DNA from: Rhodospirillaceae bacterium
Lineage (GTDB): Bacteria > Pseudomonadota > Alphaproteobacteria > GCA-2731375
Reading direction: 5' to 3'
NCBI GenBank assembly: GCA_018660265.1
Contig: JABJKS010000084.1
Location: 14,036 to 78,035 of the forward strand
Length of the DNA stretch: 64,000 nt
The notes under the pieces were generated by a model. That model was not told where the DNA came from, did no database searches, and saw nothing but the letters and a program-made list of their open reading frames with translations. A program made the position numbers and the translations under genes. Below are positions 10,503-21,206 of the stretch, piece by piece; the first letter of the stretch is position 1; every line of letters begins with the position of its first letter.

Positions 10503-11279
10503 ATGACCTACGCCCATATTATCGTGGGGCGGGACGGCCCCATTGCCACCATCACCCTGAACCGGGCCGATGCCATGAACGCCCTGACGCCGGAAATGCT
10601 GGGCGAAGTGGACGCGGCCCTGAGCGATATTGCCGCTGATCCCAACATCAACGTCCTGATCATGACCGGGGCCGGACGGGCCTTTTGCGCCGGGGTGGAC
10701 CTGAAGGCATTGCAGGCCAGGGGCGTGGATTTGTCCCAGGGCAATGTGGGTGATGAGCTAAACAACGCAGCCCGCGGGGTAATCGAGAAAATTGAAAGCA
10801 TGCCCCAGGCCACTATCGCCAAGGTGAATGGTTTTACCTTTACGGGCGGTCTGGAATTGATGCTGGCCTTTGACATCATCATCGCGGCGGAAGAGGCCAA
10901 GATGGGCGATACCCACGCAGTCCTGGGCTTTCGCCCGACCTGGGGCCTGACCCAGCGCCTGCCCCGCAAAGTCGGCAGCATGCGCGCCAAAGAGCTATCG
11001 TTCACCGCCCGCACCATTTCGGGCGTGGAGGCCGCCAAAATCGGCCTGGCCCTCGAAGCCGTGCCCCTGGCCGACTTGGATGCCCGCGTGGCCGCCCTCG
11101 CCGCCGCCATCGCCCGCAACAGCCCCGGCTCCATCGCGGCCTACAAAGACCTCTACGCCCAAGCCAACAATGCCGGCCAGACAAAGGGCCTCACCTACGA
11201 ACGCGACACCGCCTACGACATCGCGGATGTCGGCCAACGCCTGGGCGATTTCATGGCGAAGTTGGGTGGTAAGGGTTAG
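10503..11279 (+). CDS. Enoyl-CoA hydratase/isomerase (crotonase) family protein
   Basis: Crotonase fold signature: ATITLNRADAMNAL, then GAGRAFCAGVDLK, then FTGGLELMLAFDIIIAAE. Confidence 0.85.
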   Translation: MTYAHIIVGRDGPIATITLNRADAMNALTPEMLGEVDAALSDIAADPNINVLIMTGAGRAFCAGVDLKALQARGVDLSQGNVGDELNNAARGVIEKIESMPQATIAKVNGFTFTGGLELMLAFDIIIAAEEAKMGDTHAVLGFRPTWGLTQRLPRKVGSMRAKELSFTARTISGVEAAKIGLALEAVPLADLDARVAALAAAIARNSPGSIAAYKDLYAQANNAGQTKGLTYERDTAYDIADVGQRLGDFMAKLGGKG

Positions 11280-11697
11280 CGGACACTATTTGAGTCACGA
11301 GAAAAACGATTCAGCGTACCGGAGAACTATATTTTGTAAACTGTCACCGGAACCCGGAACCGAGGTTAGGGACTGTAGGTTGGGTCTTGTCCCGACCTTA
11401 GTCTGAGGTACGCTGGCACGTCATTTGTAGATCCGCACGTGCGCGGAACGACCTTGAAGTCTGCTAAAAGCCCCCAAACTCTCACGCCGGAAACAGGGCT
11501 TCGACTCTTCTTCGGGACGCCATTTCATCTAAATCAGTACGGAAGCGCCCGCCAAGCAGAAAGTGGCTAGAGGGTCCGCCCGCGCGTCGTTACTGGGTAC
11601 ATCGCATTACGCACTGCACTGCTCCAAACTTTAGCTCTTGCCATGATGCAAGAAACAAGACCTGAACCCCGCCTTGCTAACTGTTTAATTGGCACAG

Positions 11698-12024
11698 CTA
11701 TTCCGGCACGAAATTGTATTTGCCCACCCCCTGGACGATCATGAATTTGCAGGGGCCGTCGTTTTGGCCGGTGACGCGGTGGGGGCGCTTGGCGGGGGCT
11801 TTGAAGGTTTCGCCGGGGGCTAGGATCTGCACGGCATCGGGGTTGCGGGTTTCGATTTGCATGGGGCCTTCCATGCAAAAGAAATCGTCGTCGATGATGT
11901 CATGGCTGTGCCAGGGCACTTCTTCGCCCGCAGCCAGGGTTAGGATCGAGACACGCAGGTCCTTGGCCACGGCGATGCGTTCACGCCCCTTGATCTTGTA
12001 GGTCAGCTTGTCATCTTCGCTCAT
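11698..12024 (-). CDS. Cupin domain protein
   Basis: Small ORF with the two cupin motifs (PWHSHD...E and PAKRPHRV). The start is assigned to the internal Met (MSEDDK). Confidence 0.65.
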   Translation of the reverse strand: MSEDDKLTYKIKGRERIAVAKDLRVSILTLAAGEEVPWHSHDIIDDDFFCMEGPMQIETRNPDAVQILAPGETFKAPAKRPHRVTGQNDGPCKFMIVQGVGKYNFVPE

Positions 12025-12104
12025 CTCGCGGTTCCCTTTGCCCCTAATTGTGTTGATTGTGGTCCATTGCAGATTGTCGCGCAATCTCCTGCTACATTGT
12101 TCTG

Positions 12105-12896
12105 ATGAATTGGTCAGATGATGGATATGTGCTGTCGGTGCGCCGCCATGGGGAGGCGGCGGCTATTGTCAATTTGTTGACCCAGGCGCATGGCCGTCAT
12201 GCGGGCCTGGTGCGGGGCGGGGCGGGGCGGCGGTTGCGCGGGGTCCTCCAACCCGGCAACCGGGTCAGTGCCAATTGGCGGGGCCGGTTGGCGGAACATT
12301 TGGGCAGCTATACGGTGGAGGCCGTGCGTGATCATGCGGCGGGCTTGCTGTCCGACGGCGACCGTCTGGCGGGTTTGACCGCCGCCACCGCCGTGACCGA
12401 GGGTGCGTTGCCGGAGCGGGAACCGCATCTGGCCATTCACGATGGCTTTGCCGTATTACTGGATGCTTTGGGCAGTACCCAGGAGTGGGCCGCCGTCTAT
12501 GTACGATTCGAGCTCGGCCTGCTGGCCGAATTAGGTTTCGGCCTGGATTTAAGCCATTGCGCGGCCACGGGAACGACAGAAGATCTAGCCTATGTCTCGC
12601 CCAAATCGGGCCGTGCGGTGAGCCGGGAAGCAGCCGGCCCTTACAAAGAAAAACTGTTGCCACTACCCCCGTTTTTGCTACCAAATTCGGCAGAAACCCT
12701 GGTCATTCAAGATGTTTTGGACGGCCTGCGCCTGACCGGCTATTTCCTCGCCCATCAGGTCTTTGCCCCCCATAACAAACCCCTGCCCATGGCCCGCGAA
12801 AGGCTGGTGGAACGCATTTCGCGCACTGCCAATTTGTCCGCTAACCTATCTGGACATCTATCTGGTAGTACAATGCCCCATGACAGAGATTCTTGA
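12105..12896 (+). CDS. recO: DNA repair protein RecO
   Basis: OB-fold N-terminus ([20 protein letters not shown]), length and conserved C-terminal region typical of RecO. It overlaps the parC start by 17 nt. Confidence 0.8.
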   Translation: MNWSDDGYVLSVRRHGEAAAIVNLLTQAHGRHAGLVRGGAGRRLRGVLQPGNRVSANWRGRLAEHLGSYTVEAVRDHAAGLLSDGDRLAGLTAATAVTEGALPEREPHLAIHDGFAVLLDALGSTQEWAAVYVRFELGLLAELGFGLDLSHCAATGTTEDLAYVSPKSGRAVSREAAGPYKEKLLPLPPFLLPNSAETLVIQDVLDGLRLTGYFLAHQVFAPHNKPLPMARERLVERISRTANLSANLSGHLSGSTMPHDRDS

Positions 12897-15105
12897 CGAC
12901 GGCGAAATCCGCGACACACCCTTAGGCGAGGCCCTTGGCGAACGCTACCTCTCCTATGCCCTCTCCACCATTATGTCCCGATCCCTGCCCGATGTGCGCG
13001 ATGGCATGAAGCCGGTGCACCGGCGCATTCTGTTCGCCATGCGGCAGCTGAAATTGAACCCGGAAACCGGCTTCAAAAAATGCGCCCGCATCGTTGGCGA
13101 CGTCATGGGTAAATTCCACCCCCACGGCGATCAGGCGATCTATGACGCTCTGGTACGCCTGGCCCAGGAATTTGCCCAGCGATATCCATTGGTCGATGGC
13201 CAAGGCAATTTCGGCAATGTGGACGGCGATAACGCCGCCGCCATGCGCTACACAGAGGCACGGATGACAGCCGTCGCCCAGGCTTTGTTGCAGGGCATTG
13301 ACCTGGACACGGTGGATTTTCGCGGCACCTATGACGGTGAAGACGAAGAGCCGATGGTGCTGCCGGCGGCTTTCCCGAACCTGCTGGCCAATGGTGCCAC
13401 GGGTATTGCCGTGGGTATGGCGACATCCATTCCCCCGCATAATATACGCGAGCTGTGCGCCGCGTTATTGCACCTGATTAAAACTCCCAATGTGGGTATG
13501 GACAAATTGGTGCAGTTGATCCCCGGACCGGATTTCCCCACGGGCGGCGTCATTGTTGAAGATCGCGCCTCGATTATGGAGGCTTACCGCACCGGCCGTG
13601 GTGGTTTTCGCCTACGGGCAAAGTGGGAGGTGGAACAGGGCAAGCGTGGCACCTACAACATCGTGGTCACGGAAATTCCCTATCAGGTTCCCAAAGGCCG
13701 GGTGATCGAAAAAATCGCCGATCTGATGCATCAGAAAAAGCTGCCCTTGCTGGCCGATATTCGCGATGAGTCAGCCGAGGACATCCGCCTGGTGCTGGAA
13801 CCGAAATCCGGCAAGGTAGAGGCGGACATGTTGATGGAACATCTGTTCCGTCTTTCCGACCTGGAGGTCCGCTTCGGCCTGAACCTGAACGTCCTGGACG
13901 CCGATCAGACCCCGCGGGTGATGAGTTTGCGGGAGGCCCTGCAAGCCTTCCTGGACCACCGCCACGTGGTCCTGGTGCGCCGCTCCAACCATCGTCTGGG
14001 CCAGATTGAGAGACGCTTGGAAGTTCTGGGTGCCTATCTGATCTGTTATTTGAACCTGGATGAAGTGATCCGCATTATTCGGGAGGAAGACCACGCGAAA
14101 CCGGCCCTCATCAAGGCCTTTGACCTGACCGAGAACCAGGCCGAGGCGATCCTGAATATGCGTCTGCGCGCCTTGCGCCGGTTGGAGGAGATTGAGATCC
14201 GGGCCGAGGACAAAGCCCTGAAGACTGAGCGCAAAGAGTTAAATACCCTGTTGGCATCCGAGCCGAAACGCTGGGCTGCCATCACCGAGGAAATTCGCGA
14301 AATGCGCAAGACTTTTGGTGACGATCCTGTTCTGGGGCCCCGGCGCAGCCAATTTGCCGACGCCCCCACGGGCGAGTTGACGCCCATCGACGCCATGGTG
14401 GAGAAAGAGCCCGTCACCATCGTCTGCTCCGACAAAGGCTGGCTGCGGGCCCTGCGCGGCCATGTCGAAGAAGGCCACGACGTCAAATACAAGGACGGCG
14501 ACAAGGGCCGCTATTGGCTGCATGCCCAATCAACGGACAAGCTGGTGTTGTTCGCCACGAATGGCCGTTTCTATACCCTGGCCTGTGACAAGCTGCCGGG
14601 CGGACGGGGCAATGGAGAACCGGTGCGTCTGTTGCTGGATCTGGCCAACGATCAGGAAATTGTCGACCTGATGGTGCATGACCCGGAACGTAAATTGCTG
14701 GTCGCCGCCACCGATGGGCGCGGTTTCGTGGTGGAGGAAAAGGCCACGGTGGCACAGACCCGCAGCGGCCGTCAGGTCCTCAATGTTTCGGGCGATGTGG
14801 AAGCCGCGGTCTGCGCGCCCGTGCAGGGCGATCACCTGGCCGTGGTCGGTGACAATCATAAACTGATAATCTTCCCGATCGAGGAGCTGCCCGAGATGAC
14901 ACGTGGCCGCGGCGTCGTTCTGCAGAAATACCGCGATGGTGGGTTGGCGGATGCCAAGACTATGAATTTAGCCGATGGTCTGACCTGGAAGCAGGCCGGC
15001 GGTCGTACCAGAACCGAAACGGATTTGGAAATGTGGCTGGGCAAACGCAGCCAAGCAGGACGCCTGGCCCCGAAAGGCTTCCCCAAGAACAACCGGTTCA
15101 GCTAG
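12880..15105 (+). CDS. parC: DNA topoisomerase IV subunit A
   Basis: GyrA/ParC N-terminal domain ([29 protein letters not shown]) and catalytic Tyr region ([10 protein letters not shown]). The short C-terminal domain at ~742 aa favours ParC over GyrA. Confidence 0.9.
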   Translation: MTEILDDGEIRDTPLGEALGERYLSYALSTIMSRSLPDVRDGMKPVHRRILFAMRQLKLNPETGFKKCARIVGDVMGKFHPHGDQAIYDALVRLAQEFAQRYPLVDGQGNFGNVDGDNAAAMRYTEARMTAVAQALLQGIDLDTVDFRGTYDGEDEEPMVLPAAFPNLLANGATGIAVGMATSIPPHNIRELCAALLHLIKTPNVGMDKLVQLIPGPDFPTGGVIVEDRASIMEAYRTGRGGFRLRAKWEVEQGKRGTYNIVVTEIPYQVPKGRVIEKIADLMHQKKLPLLADIRDESAEDIRLVLEPKSGKVEADMLMEHLFRLSDLEVRFGLNLNVLDADQTPRVMSLREALQAFLDHRHVVLVRRSNHRLGQIERRLEVLGAYLICYLNLDEVIRIIREEDHAKPALIKAFDLTENQAEAILNMRLRALRRLEEIEIRAEDKALKTERKELNTLLASEPKRWAAITEEIREMRKTFGDDPVLGPRRSQFADAPTGELTPIDAMVEKEPVTIVCSDKGWLRALRGHVEEGHDVKYKDGDKGRYWLHAQSTDKLVLFATNGRFYTLACDKLPGGRGNGEPVRLLLDLANDQEIVDLMVHDPERKLLVAATDGRGFVVEEKATVAQTRSGRQVLNVSGDVEAAVCAPVQGDHLAVVGDNHKLIIFPIEELPEMTRGRGVVLQKYRDGGLADAKTMNLADGLTWKQAGGRTRTETDLEMWLGKRSQAGRLAPKGFPKNNRFS

Positions 15106-15108
15106 GGC

Positions 15109-16734
15109 ATGTCTACGGAAGCGGCGTTCGACACGGTCCACGATGTTTTTCGCCGGGCGGCGGAACAATGGCCCGATCAGGGTGCCATATGCTCTACGCC
15201 GTTTCCGGGGCGGGATTATTATCCCGATGGTGTTGAGTTTACCTATGGCGAGGCCTGGACCCGGATTGAGGCCTTGCGGGAACAATATGCGGACGCGGGT
15301 TATGGCCATGGCCATCGGGTCGCCCTGCTGTTGGAACAGCGCCCGGAATTCTTCTTTCATTACCTGGCCCTGAATGGCCTGGGTTGTGGCATTGTGCCCA
15401 TCAACCCGGATTATCGCCACGATGAAATGCTCTATCAGATGACGCATTCAGAGGCGGACCTGGCGGTCACGGTCGGCTCAAGATCGGATGATCTGAACCG
15501 GGTCGCCGCCCTGCGGGAGAAACCCCTGCCGGTGGTCGGGTTTGAAAACTTCCCCGAAGGCCTGGTGCCGGCACCCCCAGCACCTTTCGATGGCCCGCCG
15601 GGACCGGAGACGGAGACGTCATTGCTTTATACCTCCGGCACCACGGGCCGGCCCAAGGGCTGTATCCTGACCAACGAATTCTATGTCCAGGCGGGCAAGT
15701 GGTATCTGTCCATGGGCGGTAGGCTGCAGTTCAATGCCCCCGAACGGATGTTGAACCCCCTGCCCTATTTCCATGTCAACGCCCAAGCATTTTGCGCCAC
15801 GGCGATGTTCCTTTCGGGCAGCTGTCTGATCGCCCAGGACCGCTTTCACCCCTCCCTCTGGTGGCGGGACGCGGTCAGTACGGGTGCTACCGCCATGCAT
15901 TATCTGGGCGTGGTGCCGCCACTTTTGATGAACCAGCCGGTCAGCGTGGAGGAAGGCCAGCATAAAATTCGTTTTGCCGTTGGTGCGGGGGTAGAACCAG
16001 AACTACATGCTCCTTTCGAAGAACGCTTCGGCTTTCCCCTGGTGGAAGTTTGGGGCATGACGGAGACAGGGCGGATTTTGGCCGATTGCCATGAGCCCCG
16101 GCGCACAGATACCCGCGCCTTTGGCAAACCCATGGCGGGGATGGAAGCGCGCGTGGTGGATGACGACGACAACGACGTCGGTTTTGACAATGTGGGCGAA
16201 TTGCTGGTCCGCCATAGTGCGGCAACCCCGCGTAAATGGTTCTTCTCCGGCTATTTAAAGAACGAGACGGAGACGGAAAATGCCTGGCGCGGGGGCTGGT
16301 TTCATACCGGCGACACGGTGCGCCAGGGCGAAGACGGCATGTTGTACTTCGTTGATCGGAAAAAAAACATCATCCGCCGCTCCGGCGAGAACATCGCCGC
16401 AGCAGAGATAGAGGCCTGTTTGCAAGCCCATGAAGATGTCGCCCAAGTGGCGGTCCTGGCCGTAACCGACGATATTCGCGACGAGGAGGTCCTGGCCTGT
16501 ATTGTCGCTATGCCCGACAGCCCCACCGACAGCACCCAGGCCCGGGCCCTGTTTGATTGGAGCTTCGAACGACAGGCCTATTACAAAGCGCCGGGCTGGT
16601 TGCTATTCGTCGACAGCCTACCCACCACGGGGACGCAAAAAATTCAAAAGCATCACATTTTTGGGGACGCAGAAGACCCCCGCGACAACCCAAACATCCA
16701 CGATTTCAGACCCTTGAAAAAGCGCCATCGCTAG
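15109..16734 (+). CDS. AMP-dependent synthetase/ligase (acyl-CoA synthetase family)
   Basis: AMP-binding motif LYTSGTTGRPKG, then TGD and the C-terminal lysine region. Confidence 0.8.
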   Translation: MSTEAAFDTVHDVFRRAAEQWPDQGAICSTPFPGRDYYPDGVEFTYGEAWTRIEALREQYADAGYGHGHRVALLLEQRPEFFFHYLALNGLGCGIVPINPDYRHDEMLYQMTHSEADLAVTVGSRSDDLNRVAALREKPLPVVGFENFPEGLVPAPPAPFDGPPGPETETSLLYTSGTTGRPKGCILTNEFYVQAGKWYLSMGGRLQFNAPERMLNPLPYFHVNAQAFCATAMFLSGSCLIAQDRFHPSLWWRDAVSTGATAMHYLGVVPPLLMNQPVSVEEGQHKIRFAVGAGVEPELHAPFEERFGFPLVEVWGMTETGRILADCHEPRRTDTRAFGKPMAGMEARVVDDDDNDVGFDNVGELLVRHSAATPRKWFFSGYLKNETETENAWRGGWFHTGDTVRQGEDGMLYFVDRKKNIIRRSGENIAAAEIEACLQAHEDVAQVAVLAVTDDIRDEEVLACIVAMPDSPTDSTQARALFDWSFERQAYYKAPGWLLFVDSLPTTGTQKIQKHHIFGDAEDPRDNPNIHDFRPLKKRHR

Positions 16735-16746
16735 CGCGCTTCCGGG

Positions 16747-17574
16747 CTAGACCGGTTTGTCACCCTGTATGGTGACGCGGTAGCCGTGGCGGACATTTGG
16801 GAAATAATCCCAGGCTGCGTGATGTTGGGTGCAACGATTATCCCAAAACGCCACGGAGTTCTTTTCCCACCGATATCGGCATTGGAAATGCACACCACGG
16901 GCGATGTGATTATACAGCAAATGCAGGATATCGTGGCTTTCCTCCCGCTTTAGTTCCAGGATCCTGGTGGTAAACGTGGCGTTGACGTACAGGCCCTTGC
17001 GCCCGGTCACCGGATGGGTGCGGACAACGGGATGCACGGCCTCGGGATAGTCGTCATCCCGCAAATTATCCTTGGTGCCATAACGGCCTTTGTGCACATG
17101 CTCGGAACGGTGCAGTGCGGTCAGCCCGTCGAGAAAATGCTGCATCCGATCCGAAAGCCCCTCGTAGGCGGCATACATGCTGGCGAACAAGGTATCACCG
17201 CCAACTTCTGGTGCCGTATGAATATGCAGGATGGAGCCCATGGGCGGCTCAACATCGCAACTAACGTCGGAATGCCAAAACTCTCCAGCGACATGTTTGG
17301 AATTCTCGTCCGCCTTGACAATCAAAATCTCCGGATGCCCTTCCGGCCCAGGTGCCGCCGGGTGGACATGCAAATCGCCAAAGCGGCGTCCAAGGTCCTT
17401 GTGCTGATCCAGGGTCATATCCTGATCCCGGAAGAAAATTGCCTGATGGGTCATCAGGGCATCATGCAAAGCCTCGAATGTTGCATCGCTCAATGGCTCG
17501 GCCAGATTGACCCCTTCAATTTCAGCGCCTATGGCAGCGGTCAAAGGCTGTACGCGAATATTGCTCAATGTCAT
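16747..17574 (-). CDS. TauD/TfdA family Fe(II)/2-oxoglutarate-dependent dioxygenase
   Basis: The HxD...H facial triad context (FWHSDVSCD ... H) and overall TauD-like sequence. The start is assigned to MTLSN. Confidence 0.8.
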   Translation of the reverse strand: MTLSNIRVQPLTAAIGAEIEGVNLAEPLSDATFEALHDALMTHQAIFFRDQDMTLDQHKDLGRRFGDLHVHPAAPGPEGHPEILIVKADENSKHVAGEFWHSDVSCDVEPPMGSILHIHTAPEVGGDTLFASMYAAYEGLSDRMQHFLDGLTALHRSEHVHKGRYGTKDNLRDDDYPEAVHPVVRTHPVTGRKGLYVNATFTTRILELKREESHDILHLLYNHIARGVHFQCRYRWEKNSVAFWDNRCTQHHAAWDYFPNVRHGYRVTIQGDKPV

Positions 17575-17666
17575 TTCAGCTTTCCCCATAAATTGTCCGA
17601 TCCGGACTTGACGAAATTTAGCCTATGGTAAGCTATGGATAGTTGCAGTGGCAAGGTGGGATGGAG

Positions 17667-19268
17667 ATGAAGGCCGTGGCGAAAGATCCCTATGACGTGG
17701 TCATCGTTGGCGCGGGTCACAACGGCCTGGTCTGCGCCGCCTATCTTGCGCAGGCTGGTCTATCGGTAAAGGTCGTGGAGCGCCGGGCCCAGGTGGGTGG
17801 CGCGGCGGTGACGGAGGAATTCCATCCCGGGTTCCGTAATTCCATCGCATCCTATGCAGTTGGTCTGTTGAACCCGAAGGTGGTCGCGGATTTGGATTTG
17901 TTCGGCCATGGCCTGGAGTTGGTGCAATGGCAGATGTCCAATTTCCTGCCCCTGGAGGACGGCAATTATCTAAAGTCCTATCCGGACCTGGAGCGTACGC
18001 GGCAGGAAATTGCAAGAATTTCACCCGAGGACGCCGCCCAACTGGAAGATTATGAGGCGACGATTGGCCGCCTGGCGGACGTCCTGCGGGCCTTTTTGAT
18101 GCAAACGCCGCCGAACACGGGCGGTGGTCTGCGGGATCTGTGGAGCTTGTTCAAAGCGGGCAGGCGGCTGCATGGTCTGGACCTGGAGACCCAGCGAGAC
18201 CTGGCCGATATCATGGTGATGAGCGCGGTAGATTTTCTGGACCGTTGGTTCAAATCCGATGCGGTTAAATCCCTGTTCGCCTATGGCGGCATCATCGGCA
18301 CCTATGCCTCACCCTATTCCCCCGGTACGGCCTATGTCCTGCTGCACCATTGTTTTGGCGAAATCATGCCGGAACCCGGTGCCTGGGGCCATGCAATCGG
18401 CGGCATGGGCGCGGTGACCCAGGCCATGGCCCGGGCGGCGGAGGCAGCCGGCGCTGAGATCGAGACGGATGCGGCCGTGGCGGAGGTTTTGGTGCAGGGC
18501 GGTCGCACAACAGGCGTGCGCCTGGCCGATGGCCGGGTAATCAACGGCAGGGCGGTCGCGGCCAATGTAAACCCCAAACTACTGTGTCTGAACTTGCTGG
18601 CGAAAGAGAATGTGGAACCCGCCTTTCGCCAACGCATGCTCAATTGGCGCTGTAAATCGGGTACCTTGCGGATGAATGTCGCCCTGTCAGAATTACCGGA
18701 CTTCACCGCCATTCCCGGCGTGGAGATGGCGGAACATCACCAGGGCGGCATTATTATCGGCCCTTCTACCCGCTATCTCGATGATGCCTATGTGGATGCC
18801 AGGCGTTATGGTTGGTCCCGACGGCCATTCGTGGAATTGGTCATCCCCTCCACCATCGACCCGACCCTGGCACCCGCCGGCCAACACGTCGCCTCCATGT
18901 TCTGCCAGCAATTCGACCCGGATTTACCGGACGGCCAAAGCTGGGATCAAGCCAGGGAACAGGCCGCCGATGATGCGGTGGAAGCGGTCGTGGCCTTTGC
19001 ACCCAATTTCCGCGCCGCCATCATCGCCCGGCAAATCCTGACGCCGCTGGATCTGGAGCGGGAATTCGGCCTGATCGGGGGCGATATTTTCCATGGCACC
19101 CTGGATCTGAACCAGCTCTACAGCCTGCGCCCCACCCTTGGCCATGCCAACTACCGCATGCCCATCAAGGGCCTGTATCTGTGCGGCTCCGGGGCCCATC
19201 CTGGCGGTGGCGTCACAGGCATACCGGGTCATAATGCGGCCCGCGAGATTATTCGTGATGTAGGTTAG
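17667..19268 (+). CDS. NAD(P)/FAD-dependent oxidoreductase, phytoene desaturase (CrtI-like) family
   Basis: N-terminal Rossmann motif YDVVIVGAGHNGLVCAAYLAQAGLSVKVVERR. ~530 aa CrtI-like amine-oxidase fold. Confidence 0.8.
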   Translation: MKAVAKDPYDVVIVGAGHNGLVCAAYLAQAGLSVKVVERRAQVGGAAVTEEFHPGFRNSIASYAVGLLNPKVVADLDLFGHGLELVQWQMSNFLPLEDGNYLKSYPDLERTRQEIARISPEDAAQLEDYEATIGRLADVLRAFLMQTPPNTGGGLRDLWSLFKAGRRLHGLDLETQRDLADIMVMSAVDFLDRWFKSDAVKSLFAYGGIIGTYASPYSPGTAYVLLHHCFGEIMPEPGAWGHAIGGMGAVTQAMARAAEAAGAEIETDAAVAEVLVQGGRTTGVRLADGRVINGRAVAANVNPKLLCLNLLAKENVEPAFRQRMLNWRCKSGTLRMNVALSELPDFTAIPGVEMAEHHQGGIIIGPSTRYLDDAYVDARRYGWSRRPFVELVIPSTIDPTLAPAGQHVASMFCQQFDPDLPDGQSWDQAREQAADDAVEAVVAFAPNFRAAIIARQILTPLDLEREFGLIGGDIFHGTLDLNQLYSLRPTLGHANYRMPIKGLYLCGSGAHPGGGVTGIPGHNAAREIIRDVG

Positions 19269-19277
19269 ACTACAACT

Positions 19278-20432
19278 ATGGCCCATGAACCACGCATCGC
19301 CATTATCGGGGCCGGTATGGGCGGCCTGGCAACGGCTGCTGCCCTGCATACGTTTGGCATTCGGTCTCAGATTTTTGAGCAGGCGGACCGTTTTGCCCGC
19401 ATCGGTGCCGGTATTCAGATGAGCCCCAATGCCATGAAGGCGTTGCGGGGATTGGGCCTTGAAGATCAAGTGCGACGGGCGGCCTTTCAGCCCCGGGCCT
19501 GGAATAATCGGGAATGGGACACTGGCACGGTTAAGTTTGATCTGCCTTTGGGACAGATCGCGGAAGACCAATTCGGCGCGCCCTATTTGCAAATGCATCG
19601 CGGTGATTTGCATACAGCCCTACTATCGGCCGTTCCGCATCAACAGATATCCCTGGGCAAACGCCTCGTTGATGTCACAACGATGGCCACCGGGTACAAG
19701 CTGTCGTTTGCCGATGGTGGTGAGGTGGAGGCGGATCTGATCATTGGTGCTGATGGGGTGCATTCCCGTGTTCGGGAAATCCTGTTGGGACCGGAAAAAC
19801 CCAAAGCAACCGGACGGGTTGCCTATCGCGCCACTTTTCCGGCGTCTTTGCTGCGCTATCCGGTTGGCGCGTGCACCAAGTGGTGGGGCGAAGACCGCCA
19901 TATCGTCATCTATTATGTCACAGCTGCGAAGGACGAGGTCTATTTCGTGACCAGCCTGCCCGATCCCAAACTAGCTTCATGGGCTCATGAATCCTGGTCG
20001 GCGACCGGCGATATGTCCGTGGTCCGGGACGCATTTTCCGGTTTTCATGACGAGGTGGGCGAAGTTCTACGCGCCTGTCCGCAAGTCCACCGCTGGGCCA
20101 TCCTGGAGCGGGACCCTCTCGAAAACTGGTTCCAAAATTGGCATCGGGGCGGCATGGTTCTGCTGGGTGATGCGGCCCACCCCATGACGCCTTATATGGC
20201 CCAGGGTGCGGCCATGGCCATTGAAGACGGGGTTATTCTTGCCCGCGCCCTGGATAGCGCATCAGATACGGCACCAGATACTGCATCGGCCCTAAATATT
20301 TTCGAAACCGCCCGAAAGGCGCGCACGGCCCAGGTGCAGGCTATCTCGCAAGCCAACACCTGGATGCGGGAGGAAACGGACCCAACCTGGTGCTACGGCT
20401 TTGATCCATGGACGGCGCCTTTGGGGATTTAA
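19278..20432 (+). CDS. FAD-dependent aromatic monooxygenase (salicylate/3-hydroxybenzoate hydroxylase-like)
   Basis: GAGMGGL Rossmann motif, the DG motif (GADGVHSRVR) and the GD motif (LLGDAAHPMTPYMAQGAAMAIEDG) of class A flavoprotein monooxygenases. Confidence 0.8.
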   Translation: MAHEPRIAIIGAGMGGLATAAALHTFGIRSQIFEQADRFARIGAGIQMSPNAMKALRGLGLEDQVRRAAFQPRAWNNREWDTGTVKFDLPLGQIAEDQFGAPYLQMHRGDLHTALLSAVPHQQISLGKRLVDVTTMATGYKLSFADGGEVEADLIIGADGVHSRVREILLGPEKPKATGRVAYRATFPASLLRYPVGACTKWWGEDRHIVIYYVTAAKDEVYFVTSLPDPKLASWAHESWSATGDMSVVRDAFSGFHDEVGEVLRACPQVHRWAILERDPLENWFQNWHRGGMVLLGDAAHPMTPYMAQGAAMAIEDGVILARALDSASDTAPDTASALNIFETARKARTAQVQAISQANTWMREETDPTWCYGFDPWTAPLGI

Positions 20433-21193
20433 GTGAAACTGGCGCTGACTTGGCCCATGGGACCGAAATCGCCCACTGCGATATCGCCGGGCGAAATAGG
20501 TGTTATCCCCGTGCAGGTCCCGGTCATGATCAAATCACCGGCACAAAGGCCACGCTGGGACAGTGCGGAATGGGCCAGACACCAGGCCAGGGCATCAAAA
20601 ACATGATCCCACAGCAGGACGGAGGTATTGCCCGCCGTCGACACCTCTCCATTAATGGATAATGATACGGGGAAATCTGACAGCGCAAGGCCGCTCCAGT
20701 CCGTGATCTCAGTACCTAGGACGGTGCCGATATTGGCCCCGCCATCCGCGATAACCTTAAATCCCGCACCCGCCAACTCCCCCTCAAAGCGGGCCCCGAC
20801 AATTTCAAACGACGGCTGGATGGAGGCGACAGCGGCTTCAATCTCCGCCCGCGCATAGGGCTGTTCCCTGGCGGGCAGGTCCGCATCCAGGCGCACCGTG
20901 ACCTCCGTCTCGATACTGGTGCCCGGCAATATGGGTAATGCAACGCCATTGTCATGGGTGAAGCGTTGAAACAAGGGACCAAGAAACGGCTGACTGACCC
21001 CAAGAACCTCGAACAATGCTTCCACCGTGGCACCAATTTTCCAGCCTGCAACGTCCAGTCCGGATGCGGCTATCATGGACGCCTGGATTTCATAGGCCTC
21101 ATCCTCCGATTGAGGGCTGCCGGCAAAGTCATTTGGGATTTTTGTGCCGTCGACCCGCGCGTTCCATAACTGCTGCGCCACCTTGTCAGTCAT
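20429..21193 (-). CDS. 2-keto-4-pentenoate hydratase / MhpD-OHED hydratase family protein
   Basis: 254-aa protein with the conserved hydratase/decarboxylase fold signatures (EIQ, GWKIG, a C-terminal Gly-rich metal site). It overlaps the convergent monooxygenase gene by 4 nt. Confidence 0.7.
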   Translation of the reverse strand: MTDKVAQQLWNARVDGTKIPNDFAGSPQSEDEAYEIQASMIAASGLDVAGWKIGATVEALFEVLGVSQPFLGPLFQRFTHDNGVALPILPGTSIETEVTVRLDADLPAREQPYARAEIEAAVASIQPSFEIVGARFEGELAGAGFKVIADGGANIGTVLGTEITDWSGLALSDFPVSLSINGEVSTAGNTSVLLWDHVFDALAWCLAHSALSQRGLCAGDLIMTGTCTGITPISPGDIAVGDFGPMGQVSASFT

Positions 21194-21206
21194 ATCAAGT
21201 CCCCCA

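Noticed and set aside
10508-11134. 208-aa minus-strand ORF
   Set aside because: Antisense to the enoyl-CoA hydratase gene; Ala/Arg/Ser-rich with no motifs.
11280-11697. Possibility that the 418-nt gap encodes a two-piece alphaproteobacterial tmRNA, RNase P RNA or SRP RNA
   Set aside because: No tag-peptide reading frame ending in -AA-stop, no tRNA-like T-arm, and none of the universally conserved RNase P (GGAAAGTCCGGGCT) or SRP (GGAAGCAGCC) blocks are present. It is kept only as an unclassified sRNA candidate.
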